Positions 9,931 through 20,581 of a DNA stretch of 64,000 nucleotides are shown piece by piece. Origin of the DNA: an uncultured Holophagales bacterium (GTDB taxonomy: Bacteria; Acidobacteriota; Thermoanaerobaculia; Multivoradales; UBA5704). The position numbers were made by a program, and so were the translations under genes. Below the pieces are notes generated by a model. The model made no database searches. It saw only the letters and a list, made by a program, of their open reading frames with translations, and was not told where the DNA came from. The DNA is taken from contig CAWJGT010000023.1 in the NCBI GenBank assembly GCA_963842525.1, positions 363,594 through 427,593 on the forward strand, written 5' to 3'. Each line of letters opens with the position of its first letter. Within the stretch, counting starts at the first letter, position 1.

Positions 9931-10409
9931 TGCGCGTCCTGGTCGGCGGCATCGGCAACGTCTTCCTCGGCGACGACGGCTTCGGCGTCGCGGTGGTGGA
10001 GCGCCTGCGCACAGCGCCGCTGCCGCCGGAGGTGGACGTCGTCGACTTCGGCATCCGCGGCGTCGATCTGGCCTACGCGCTGAGCGAGTACGAGGCCGCC
10101 ATTCTCGTCGACTGCGTGCGGCAGGGCGGAGCGGCGGGGACGCTCTACGTGCTGGAGCCGGAAGTGCCGGCGGGCACGGCGGGCGTCGCCATGCATGCCA
10201 TGACGCCGGAGCGCGTGCTCCAGTGGCTGCCGCCGGGCAGCGCGCCGCCCATCCTGCGCCTCGTCGGCTGCGAACCGGTCGACTTCGGGCCAGAGGGTCT
10301 CGGGCGTGAAGGTCTGTCGGGACCGGTGCTCGCCAGCGTCGAAGAGGCCGTCGGCCTCGTGAAGGGGCTCCTCGACGAGCTGACGCGGGTCGGGGCAGGC
10401 CATGCATGA
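9927..10409 (+). CDS. Hydrogenase maturation protease
   Basis: RVLVGGIGNVFLGDDGFGV...DFGIRGVDL...H(A)MTPE...VGCEP. Confidence 0.9.
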   Translation: MMRVLVGGIGNVFLGDDGFGVAVVERLRTAPLPPEVDVVDFGIRGVDLAYALSEYEAAILVDCVRQGGAAGTLYVLEPEVPAGTAGVAMHAMTPERVLQWLPPGSAPPILRLVGCEPVDFGPEGLGREGLSGPVLASVEEAVGLVKGLLDELTRVGAGHA

Positions 10410-10731
10410 GCTGGCGATCACTCAGGAGATCGTAGCCCTCGTCGCCGAGCGCGCGGGCGAGACCCGGGTCACCCGCATCGTCCTGGAGATCGGCCGATTG
10501 TCGGCGGTGTTGCCGGACGCCGTCCGCTTCTGCTTCGACCTCTGCGCCGAGGGGACGCCGCTCCAGGGCGCGACGCTGGAGGTCATCGAGACGCCCGGAC
10601 AGGCGCGCTGCCGGCAATGCGGGGAGACGGTGAGGCTCGAGCGGCCGTTCGGCTGGTGCCGTTGCGGCGGCTCGGACCTCGAATGGCTCAGCGGCGACGA
10701 GCTCAAGATTCGCGAGATCGAGGTGACCTGA
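10402..10731 (+). CDS. hypA: Hydrogenase nickel metallochaperone
   Basis: MHELAI start; CxxC (CRQC) and CRCGGS Zn motifs. Confidence 0.93.
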   Translation: MHELAITQEIVALVAERAGETRVTRIVLEIGRLSAVLPDAVRFCFDLCAEGTPLQGATLEVIETPGQARCRQCGETVRLERPFGWCRCGGSDLEWLSGDELKIREIEVT

Positions 10732-11519
10732 TGTGCACCACCTGCGGCTGCTCCGGCCACACCCACGAGCCTCACGACGACGATCATGGACGCCATCCCC
10801 ACGCGCCGCACGAGCACGGCCCTGAGCACGCTCATCAACACGAGCACGCTCCGCCGGCCGCCACCGTGATCCGCCTCGAGCAGCAGATCCTGGCCCGCAA
10901 CGACGAGCAGGCAGAGCGCAATCGCCGCCGGCTCGCCGCGCAGCGGGTTCTGGCCCTCAACCTGATGAGCGCTCCTGGAGCGGGAAAGACCACCCTCCTC
11001 GAGCGCACGGTGCGCGAGCTGGGCGGCAGCCTCCCCTTGCAGGTGATCGAGGGAGACCAGGCGACAGATTACGACGCCCGCCGCCTGCGAGAGACCGGCT
11101 GCCCGGTGGTGCAGCTCAACACCGGGACCGGCTGCCACCTCGACGCCAGCATGGTGGACCGCGGCCTGCACCACCTCCCGCTCGCCGACGGCTCGATCCT
11201 GGTCATCGAAAACATCGGCAACCTGGTCTGTCCGGCCTTGTTCGACCTCGGCGAGCACGCGCGCGTGGTGGTCGCGGCCGTGACCGACGGGGACGATAAG
11301 CCGGTCAAGTACCCCCACATGTTCCGCGCCGCCACCCTGGTCGTGCTCAACAAGATGGACCTGCTGCCCTACGTCGCCTTCGACCTCGACCGCTTCCAGG
11401 CGTTCGCCCGGCAGATCAATCCGGGAGTCACGGTGCTTCCGCTCTCGGCCAGCCGTGGCGACGGCGTCGACGCCTGGATCGGCTGGCTCCGCGAGCAAGC
11501 TCGGAATGGCGCCGCGTGA
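10731..11519 (+). CDS. hypB: Hydrogenase nickel incorporation GTPase
   Basis: MCTTCGC, His-rich segment, SAPGAGKTT, TGTGCHLDA, ENIGNLVCP and NKMD. Confidence 0.95.
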   Translation: MCTTCGCSGHTHEPHDDDHGRHPHAPHEHGPEHAHQHEHAPPAATVIRLEQQILARNDEQAERNRRRLAAQRVLALNLMSAPGAGKTTLLERTVRELGGSLPLQVIEGDQATDYDARRLRETGCPVVQLNTGTGCHLDASMVDRGLHHLPLADGSILVIENIGNLVCPALFDLGEHARVVVAAVTDGDDKPVKYPHMFRAATLVVLNKMDLLPYVAFDLDRFQAFARQINPGVTVLPLSASRGDGVDAWIGWLREQARNGAA

Positions 11520-13810
11520 AGACGTCCCGCTTGCCGAGCTGACGGACGCATTCCTGGACGGCCAGGCCCCGGCCGACCTCCAGGAGGCGCTCTCCATCCC
11601 TCTCTGCTCGGTGGCGCCAGCCACGGCGGCGACGCCGGCTCCTCCAGCGCCGCCGGCACGCCTGTATGGCCGGCCGGAACGAGCGAGGGAAGGGAGCTGC
11701 AGCTCGTCGAGGCGCGCTACCGGGCGCTGGTCGAGCAGATCCCGGCAGTGGTGTTCCTCGCCTCGGTCGAAGGAGGCTTGAACGACATCTACGTCAGCCC
11801 GCAGATCGAGTCGCTGCTGGGGTTTACGCAGAAGGAGTGGACCAGCAATCCCGTCCTCTGGTTCCGGCAGCTCCACCCCGACGACCGCATGCGGCTCAGC
11901 CGCGAGTTCGCGAAGACCTGCGTCACCGGCCAGCCGTTCCGCAGTATCGTGCGGGTGTTCGACCGTGCCGGCGCCCTGGTGTGGGTCCATGCCGAGGCGA
12001 GGCTGGTGCGCGACGGGTCCGGTCGTCCGCTCTTCCTGCACGGCGTCGGCTTCGACGTCACCGAGCAGCAGAAGGGCGAGCAGACGCGCCAGCAGCTCCT
12101 GCTGGAGCAGCAGGCGCGCGCGGCGGCCGAGGAGGCCTGGCGGCGGGCTTCCTACTTGGCCCGCGTGAGCCACGCGCTGAGCGCGAACCTCGACTATCCG
12201 TCGATCCCCGGCGAGGTGGCGCGGCTGGTCGTCCCCGAGCTGGCGGACCTGAGCGCGCTCACAGGGCGCTCCAAGGGCTCGCTGCAGACGCTGGCACTTG
12301 TCCACAGGGATCCAGCGCGGCTCGAGCTGGCGAGGCGGCTCTGGGATGGCTATCCAGAGGGGTTGCACGCTGCGGGCGAGATCGGTCGCGGCAGGTGGAA
12401 CGGAGAGCCTGAGCTGGTCTCCGAAGTCGACGATGCCGTCCTGGGCGCCATCGCCCGTGGTGCGGAGCACCTCGCGCTGCTGCGCCAGCTGGCGCCGAAG
12501 TCCTTCATGATCGTGCCGGTCCGCGGCCGGAATCTCGTGCACTGCGTCTTGACTCTGGTGACCGCCGAGTCGGGACGGCGCTACGGGCCCGAGGATCTGG
12601 CTGTCGCGGAGGACGTCGCGCAACGGGCTGCCCTGGCCATGGACAACGCGCAGCTCTATCGGGAAGCGCAAGAGGCGAGCCGCCTCAAGGACGAGTTCCT
12701 GGCCACCCTCTCGCACGAGCTGCGTACGCCGCTGAACGCGATCGTCGGCTGGACGCACATCCTGCAGGCCAACGCCGACGATGCGTCGCCGAACGTGCGC
12801 AAGGCGATCGAAACCATCGCGCGCAACGCCCAGGTGCAGAACCAGCTCATCGCCGATATCCTGGATGTATCGAGGATCGTTGCCGGAAGCTCTCGCCTCA
12901 AGGTCCAGCCGGTGGACCTGGTCAGCGTGATCGAGGCGGCGCTGGACACGGTGCGTCCGGCAGCCGAGGCGAAGGAGATCCTGCTGCAGACGATCTTCGA
13001 CGCCTCGGCGGGATCTGTGTCGGGGCGACCCCGACCGGCTGCAGCAGGTGGTCTGGAACCTGCTGTCCAACGCGATCAAGTTCACGCACGCGGCGGGGCA
13101 AGGTGCAGATTCGTCTGGAAGCCGTCGACTCGCATCGTCGAGATCGTGGTCGAGGACAGCGGTCCCGGGATCGATCCGGAGTTCCTGCCCTACGTGTTCG
13201 AGCGTTTCCGCCAAGCCGATTCCTCCAGCACCCGCCGTCACGGCGGGCTGGGGCTTGGATCTGGCGATCGTGCGGCATCTGATCGAGCTGCACGGCGGCA
13301 CCGTCCACGCCGCCAACCGCGAGGACCGGTCTGGCGCCGTCTTCAGGGTCACGCTGCCCGGCGTAGCGTGGCGTCCGGCGCGACCCACGCGTTCTCCCAC
13401 CCCGCCACCGCGGAGGAAACCGGGTGGCTGCAGGCGACGCCTCGCTCGCCGGCCTGCGGGTCTGGTAGTAGACGACCAGCGGGACGGGCGCGAGCTGGTA
13501 GCCACGGTGCTCGAGCGATGCGGCGCCAGGTCACTGAGGCCGCCTCGGCACGCGAGGCCTACGAGGCGCTCCAGCGCGCCGCTTCGATGTCTTTCTCGCC
13601 GACATCGAGATGCCCGAAGAGGACGGCTACTCGCTGATCCGCAGGATCAGGAGCTATCGGCAGGGTGGGAAGATGCGCGCGCGCTCACGCCTATGAGAGC
13701 GCTCAGGATAGCGTGCGAAGCTTGGAGGTGGCTTTCAGATGCACTCTAGAAACGGTGCAGCTTGCGAGCTGGCGGCGGCGGTGGCCAGCCTGGTGCGGAT
13801 CAGGAAGCGC
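11506..13810 (+). CDS. PAS-GAF hybrid histidine kinase with receiver domain (multiple frameshifts, 3' end uncertain)
   Basis: PAS (IYVSPQIESLLG...LHPDD...WVHAE), GAF, H-box FLATLSHELRTPL, N-box NLLSNAIKFT, DSGPGI, GGLGLG, receiver LVVDD...ADIEMPEEDGY; split over several frames. Confidence 0.8.
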
Positions 13811-13869
13811 GGTTGGGCGGGGAACGGCGAGCTCGGCTGATGGGTTCGGGGATGCGCAGGTATAGTGGT

Positions 13870-16090
13870 GCATGGAACGTCGCTAGATAGCGGTACGCGG
13901 CATGTACAGGGGGTAGGCTTCCGGCGTTGTCTACGGGTTGGCGGGACAGCTCGGGCTCCACGGATCGGTGCGGAATAGGGCGGCGAGGTGCTCATAGAGG
14001 TAGAGGGCTCGCTTCGGTGCTAGACGGTTCTGGACAGGATCGCTGGGAGCTGCGCCTCTGGCTCGCATAGAGGACTGCGCTGGACGTAGAGCGAGGGCAG
14101 GGATAGGCGCGCTCGGACGAGCGCGATTACGGATCGCGCGAGCGATGACGCGGCGACGGCGCGCTCGGAATCTCCCCCGACGTCGCCTTGCGAACACTGC
14201 CTCGCTGAGCTGCACGATCTGCGGATCGCGCTATCGCTACGGTTCTCAATTGCACGCAGTGCGGGCGCGGCTGACGATCACCTCGCTCTGCGTACGACGC
14301 GAACGCACCACCTGGCGGCGTCGCCTCTGTCTGGTGAGACAGTAAGAGAGCTCGGAGGATCGCAGGTTCCACGCTCAGCGCATCGCCTGCGCGGCTTGCG
14401 GCTCGCGGCTCCGGTGGCGCAACGCTGGCGGCGGCGACGCGGATGATGCGGATGATGCGCTCGCGGCGCGGCGCGGAGGATCGCAGCGGCGGCCTCGTCG
14501 CGATCAAAGGAGTGGCGGCTTCATCTCGCCTGCGATGCCGCTCAGGAAACGCGGTAGACGCCTGCGGGCGGGCAAGGGACGAGGCGACAAGCGTTCGCGC
14601 TCATGGTGCAGACTTGCGACGGCACGCTGGCTGTGCGAGCTGGACGAAGCGGCTGAGCGCTGCTGGCGCCGCGGAGCGGCGGTGGTCTCCTGCGCGGCGG
14701 CGCGGAGCGCGGTGGCGCTGGGCGTCGCTCCCGGGGGCGCTCTCCTCGGCCTGCTCCTGCTCTACTCGCCGCTTCACGACTTCTCCTGGAGCGGCTGGGG
14801 CGACGGTAGTGCTCACGAGCGGCAACGCAGCGGCGAGCGATGGCGATAGAGGAAGGCGAGGCGCGGCGCGGCTCGGGGATGTCGCTGATGGATTCTGACT
14901 CGCGACGCTCGATCGCGTGCGCTGCGACGACAGCGTAGTGCGCTGGACCGGACGGCGGCTGATCTCGATGCGCGCTCGCGCGGCTGGGCGCGCGGCCGGT
15001 GAGGGCTGGCCTCAAAGCGTCCGGCGGTGCTGGCTCTCGGCAGTCATGAGAAGAACACTTCTGCCTGCTGCGGGGGGAGAACGCTATCCTCTCGCACCAC
15101 ATCGGCGACCTGGACACAGTAGAGGCGATCCGCGACCTGCGGTGGCTCTCTCCAATACCAGCGCCTGCTCGACTTCACGCGCAGGTAGTGGCCTGCGACC
15201 TGCACGCGGACTATGCATAGACGGTTGGCGCGAACTCTGGCGGCCTGCGAGGTCTGCCGCTGGTGCCGGTACAGCGTCACTATGCGCACGTTCTCAGCGT
15301 GCTCGCTGAGCACGAGCTGGTGGGTGGCGCTCGGCATCGTCCTCGATGGTAGCGGCCTGGGAACGGACGGGACAGTCTGGGGCTGCGAATCCCAGGCGGT
15401 GGAGGCGGGGATGGCATGTCTAGACCAACAGAGCGGGTGCGCCTGCCGGGGGCGAGGCGCGTGCGCGAGCCTGGAGAATGGCGTCGCCTGGCTGCTCGGG
15501 CCTGGGATGGCGAGCTGCTGCGCTCGACCTGCCGTGCTCGCGGCAGAGCCACGAGCGCGGCACGCGTCGAGCGGCTGGTGCTCGCGGAATACAGGCGCGC
15601 TCGCCTCGAGCGCGGCGGCTGTTCGATGCGGTGGCCGCTCTTCTCGGCCTGCGTTCCAAGGTGTCGTTCGAGGGACAGGCCGCCATGGAGCTGGAAGCTA
15701 TCGCCGCAGCGGGGCCGGCACGGCGTACGCTTTCGCTCTCGACGCAGCCGCGGACGGTTTCGTGCTGCGCTTCGACGCGGCGATCCGCGCCATTGCCGAA
15801 GAGGTTGCCGCCGGCGCTGATCCCGGCCGGATCTCCGCCCGCTTCCATCGGACGCTCGTCGACGCGCTGGTCGCCGGCGCGCGCCGGGCACGCGAGGAAC
15901 AGGGGCTCGAATGCGCGGTGCTTGCCGGCGGCTGCTTCCAGAACGCCGTCCTCCCGAGGGGACAAGCGAAGCGCAGGCGGCGGCGGGATTCACGGTGCTC
16001 GTGCCCGTCAACGTCCCCCCGAACGATGGTGGACTGGCGCTCGGCCAGGCCGTGGCCGCCGCGGCGGAGGAGCTGCTGCCATGTGCCTAG
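13870..16090 (+). pseudogene. hypF: Carbamoyltransferase HypF, heavily corrupted by indels (likely sequencing error)
   Basis: Recognisable fragments: VQGVGFR (13905), Zn-finger NCTxCG (~14250), IKG..GGFHLACDA (~14505), DGSGLGTDGTVWG, RLFDAVAALLG..SFEGQAAMELE, GGCFQN and PPNDGGLALGQ; ends CA* overlapping hypC. Start approximate. Confidence 0.8.
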
Positions 16091-16340
16091 CGATTCCCGG
16101 CCAGGTCGTCTCGTTCGAGGACGAGGCCGGACAGATCGTCAAGGTCGACGTGGCGGAAGTGCGCCGCCGGGTGCACGTCGGGCTTCTGGACCCCCTGGAA
16201 ATGGCGACAGGGTGGAGTCCACGTCGGCCGCAATCTCGAGGATCGACGAGGAGGAGGCGGCACGGACGCTCCGCTTCCTCGAGGCGCTCGGCGCGCAGTT
16301 CCAGCAGGAGCTCGAAGAGCTGCGGAGAAGTGAGCCATGA
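16081..16340 (+). CDS. hypC: Hydrogenase chaperone HypC (indels near 16200-16230)
   Basis: MCLAIPGQVV...VHVG..AISRIDEEEAARTL. Confidence 0.85.
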
Positions 16341-16945
16341 GCCTCCGCGGCGCCGACGCCCGAGCTCGAGCCGCCCTCCGGCCAGCGCGCCCCCGACCTG
16401 CACGCGCTCGGGCAGGCGCGGTTCGGCCGTTCGCAGCAGGCGGTCGAAACCTTCTTCACGGCCCAGGCAGACGCCGTGTCGGCGGCCTGCTGGGCGATGG
16501 CGCGGCGCTTTCACCGCGGCGGACGGCTGCTGGCCTGGGGAGCCGGGGCCGCGGCGAGTGACGCCTGGCACGTCGTAGACGAATTCGTCCATCCGGTGAT
16601 CGTCGGCAAGCGCGCACTGCCAGCTCTGGTGCTCGAGGACGAGCCCGCCGTCGTCTCTCCCTTCTCGGGCGCCCCACCGACATCGCGCTGGCGATTTCGC
16701 CGGGCGGCGACGATCCGCACGGAGCGGCCCTGCTGGCGCGGGCGCGGCAGCGCGGCCTGTTGACCATCGCCCTGACCGGCCGAGGGGCAGTGGACGCTGG
16801 AGCCGACCATTGCTTCGCGGTCGAGGATGACGACCCGACGGTCGTCCAGGAAGTGCACGAAACGCTCTATCACGTGCTCTGGGAGGCGTCGACGTCTTCC
16901 TCGAGCAGCCGGGGCTCCTTGAGCCAGGGAATTTTCGTTCCATGA
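16337..16945 (+). pseudogene. SIS-domain (GmhA-like) protein 1, frameshifted
   Basis: ACWAMARRFHRGGRLLAWG...SDAWHVVDEFVHPVIVGKRALPAL...VQEVHETLYHVLWE across frames. Confidence 0.7.
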
Positions 16946-17591
16946 GCCACGGCCCCGAGTCCTTGCTCTATCCGTTCCTCGGCTCCGAGACCGCGGACCC
17001 GGCCCCGGTGCTGGCGGACGTCCGTGCCTCCACCCTCCGCAAGGCTGTCGACGTCGTGGCGCTGCGCGCCGCCCTCTGGGAGCGCCACGCCGGAGATCTC
17101 GCCGCCGCGGCCCCAATTCTTCGGCCGCGTTTCTTGTGGGGCGCAAGGTCCTCGCCTTCGGCAATGGCGGCAGCGCCACGGATGCCCAGGACCTGGTGAG
17201 CGAGCTCGTCACGCCACCCGTCGCCGGGTGGCGCTCGCTGCCGGCGCTCGACCCAACCCGCGATAGCGCAGTGCTGACGGCGATGGGCAACGACGTCGGC
17301 TACGAGAACGTCTTCTCGCGCCAGGTGATCGCCTTGGGCGAGCCGGGGAACATCGCGGTCGGCTTCTCGACCAGCGGCAACAGCGCCAACGTGCTGGCCG
17401 CTTTGGAGCGGGCGAGGAAGCACGGGCTGCAGACCCAGGGCTTCAGCGGCACCGACGGCGGCGACATGGCTGCCGCCGGCCTGGACATCTGCATCGTGGC
17501 GCCGTCCAGCTACATACCCCGCATCCAGGAAGCGCACGCCACGGCGTGCCACACAATCTATCACCTGCTCGAAGCCATCTTCGACTCATGT
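16942..17591 (+). CDS. SIS-domain phosphoheptose-isomerase-like protein 2 (frameshift near 17120)
   Basis: KVLAFGNGGSATDAQD...GNDVGYENVFSRQ...STSGNSANV...PRIQEAH; the expected TGA at 17589-17591 reads TGT. Confidence 0.75.
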
Positions 17592-18718
17592 AATACATCG
17601 ATGAATACCGCGATCCAGAACTGGCCACCGCCCTCCTGCGGCGCATCGAGAAGCTCGCCGCCGGGGACCGGCGCAAGTTCATGGAGGTGTGCGGCGGGCA
17701 CACGCACGCGATCTACAAGCACGGCCTCGATCAGCTCCTGCCGGATGGCATCGAGCTGGTGCACGGCCCCGGATGCCCGGTGTGCGTCATCCCCATGGGG
17801 CGGGTGGACGACGCGATCGCGATCGCCGAGCGGGGCGTGATCTTCTCGACCTACGGCGATATGATGCAAGTGCCCGGAAGCCGCAAGAGCCTGCTCGATG
17901 CCAAGGCGGCCGGCGCCGACGTGCGGGTGGTCTATTCTCCGCTCGACGCCTTGCAGCTCGCCGTCCGCCACCCCGACCGCGACGTCGTCTTCTTCGCCAT
18001 CGGCTTCGAGACCACCGCGCCGGCCACCGCCGTCACCGTGCTCCGCGCGCGGGACCAGAGACTGCTGAACTTCTCCGTGTTCTGCAACCACGTCACGATT
18101 CTGCCGGCGATCAAGGCCATTCTCGACTCGCCCGACATGCGGCTCGACGGTTTCATCGGTCCGGGTCACGTCTCGACCGTGATCGGGACCCATCCCTATC
18201 GCTGGATTCCGGAGCGCTACGGCCTGCCGATCGTTATCTCCGGGTTCGAGCCGCTCGACGTCCTGCAGTCGGTCGCCATGCTCCTCGAGCAGCTGCGCGC
18301 CGGCCGCTGCGCCGTCGAGAATCAGTATCTGCGGGTGGTGCATCCCGCGGGTACTCCTCGAGCGGTCGAAGCGATCGCTCAGACGATGGAGCTGCGGCCA
18401 CAGTTTGAATGGCGGGGGCTCGGATTCATCGGCCAGAGCGGACTGCGACTGCGCCCGGAGTTCGCTGATTGGGACGCCGAGGCCCGCTTCGCCGTACCGG
18501 GTCTGCGGGTGGCCGATCCCAAGGCCTGCCAGTGCGGCGAAGTCCTCAAGGGCGTCCTCAAGCCCTGGGAATGCCGGGTCTTCGGCACCGCCTGCACGCC
18601 GGAGACCCCGATCGGCACCTGCATGGTCTCCTCGGAGGGGGCATGCGCCGCCTACTACAACTATGGCCGCTACGATCTGCGTCGCCGCGCCGCCGAGGCG
18701 GCCGGGGAGGCCGGGTAG
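17588..18718 (+). CDS. hypD: Hydrogenase maturation protein HypD
   Basis: MEVCGGHTH, GPGCPVC, GFETT, GFIGPGHVS and GTCMVSSEGACAA; true start ATG 17588 (M-[TAA]-YIDEYRDPE), where codon 2 is probably a miscalled AAA. Confidence 0.92.
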
Positions 18719-19810
18719 TGGGCGGCAAGCCGACGCTCGGCGAAGCGATGGCGCGGATCGACAGCGCCGCGGAGCATCGTCGGAGCGCGCCGACGTTCCG
18801 CGACGAACGGGTGACGCTCTCCCACGGGTCCGGCGGCAAGGCCACCCGGATGCTGGTCGAGGCGATCTTCGCAGCCGAGCTGGCGAACCCCTTCCTGAAT
18901 CCGCTGGACGACGCGGCGCTGTTGCCTCCAGCCGCCAATGGACTCGTCTTCACCACCGACTCCTACGTCGTCAAACCGCTCTTCTTCCCCGGCGGCGACA
19001 TCGGCCGGCTTGCCGTTTGCGGCACGGTCAACGACCTCGCCGTGGCGGGGGCGACGCCGCTCTATCTCTCGCTGGGCGTCATCCTGGAGGAAGGTTTCCC
19101 GATCTCCGACCTGCGCCGCATCGTGCAATCGCTGCGTCAGGCGGCGGACGAGGCGGGCGTACGAGTCGTAACCGGCGACACCAAAGTGGTCGAGCGCGGC
19201 AAGGCGGACGGCGTCTACATCAACACGGCCGGCATCGGCCAACTGCGTCGCGGGGCGCGGCTCGCGGCCGCCGCGGCGCGCCCAGGCGACCGCATCCTGG
19301 TCTCCGGCCGCCTGGGCGATCACGGCGTGGCGATCCTGGTGGCGCGCGCGGAAGCTCGACCTCGAGTCGGAGGTGCGCAGCGACACGGCGCCGCTCCACG
19401 GCCTGATAGCCGACCTGCTGGATATGGCCGGCGCCGGCGTGCGCAGCCTCAAGGACCCGACCCGCGGCGGCCTCGCCACGGCGCTCAACGAGATTGCGCT
19501 CGCCGCGGATGTCGGCATCGCCGTCGAAGAGTCACAGGTGCCGGTGGGCGCCGAGGTGCGCGGCGCCTGTGAGATCCTCGGCATCGACCCGCTGCACCTG
19601 GCAAATGAGGGAAAGCTGCTGGCAATCGTTGCGCCGGAGTGTGTCGCCGTGGCACTCAGAGCACTGCGAGCCCATCCCCTCGGGCGCGAGGCCGCGATTG
19701 TCGGCGAGATCGTCTCCGAGCCGCGCGGCATGGTGTTCCTCCGCACCGCAATCGGCGGTCACCGGGTGCTCGACATGCTCTCCGGCGACGCGTTGCCGCG
19801 TATCTGCTGA
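18718..19810 (+). CDS. hypE: Carbamoyl dehydratase HypE (frameshift near 19355)
   Basis: HGSGG, TTDSYVV, GTVNDLA, GDTKVV, DPTRGG, ANEG and C-terminal PRIC. Confidence 0.92.
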
Positions 19811-19854
19811 ATCCGGGGCCACGGCTCGACGCTGATTCCAATCGGCTCTTCCCG

Positions 19855-20075
19855 GCTCCTGGTTGGGAAGGCGCAGACCTGATCGACGGCGGAGACGACA
19901 AGGAGATCCTCGTGGGAGACCTGGTAAACGACATCATCGTCGGCGGCAACGGGAACGACGATCTGTATGGCGGAGGGGATAACGATGCCATCGTAAGCCA
20001 GGCCGGGACTGACGGCAGCGGCGGCACGGATTATTGCGATGCCGAGACCGAGCTCAACTGCGAGGGCCTGAGCCG
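19855..20075 (+). pseudogene. Remnant of an RTX/hemolysin-type Ca-binding repeat protein C-terminus
   Basis: GADLIDGGDDKEIL...IVGGNGNDDLYGGGDND...GGTDYCDAETELNCE with no start or signal peptide. Confidence 0.5.
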
Positions 20076-20169
20076 TCCGAAGGGTCTGTGCACCGCAGGC
20101 CCGCCGACTCACGTCCGCGCGCTGAAATATTTCCTGGCCTTCCTGCCACTCATGGCTGGAGGGCCAACA

Positions 20170-20478
20170 ATGCCTCACGCAGACGTCTCCGCGAAAGTCG
20201 CTCATCTCACGGATCGAGAATTACTGGACCTCTACCTCTCCTTGCCTCCCACGGCACGCGACGAAAAGTTCGTCGACACCGCGCAAGCCGCGGAGATCAC
20301 AGGTGTATCGATCCGTACCATTCAGCTTTGGATCGAAAACGGAGCCGTGCGAGCAATCGTCATCGGCAGGAAATACAGAGTTGTCCTGGACTCCCTGAGG
20401 GCACATCTGGAGATTCAAATGTCCAAACAGCTTGGCGAGCATCCCATGTCTTCCACAAAGTTCACGAACTTCACGTAA
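20170..20478 (+). CDS. Excisionase-like (MerR/HTH_17) DNA-binding protein
   Basis: VDTAQAAEITGVSIRTIQLWIENGAVRAIVIGRKYRV; visibly more AT-rich than the flanks. Confidence 0.75.
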   Translation: MPHADVSAKVAHLTDRELLDLYLSLPPTARDEKFVDTAQAAEITGVSIRTIQLWIENGAVRAIVIGRKYRVVLDSLRAHLEIQMSKQLGEHPMSSTKFTNFT

Positions 20479-20581
20479 CCGGCGCATCCGGCGAAATTCG
20501 TGCTAGCCCCATCTCCTCCGGGTTGTTAATTTGCACCGGTTGAAAGCAATCCAGCCAACCGAACCAAGGAGGAATCCAGCC

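Noticed and set aside
8541-10409. 622-aa fusion of a hypothetical protein and the maturation protease
   Set aside because: Artefact of the frameshift near 9232; the protease has its own ATG (9927) overlapping the upstream stop.
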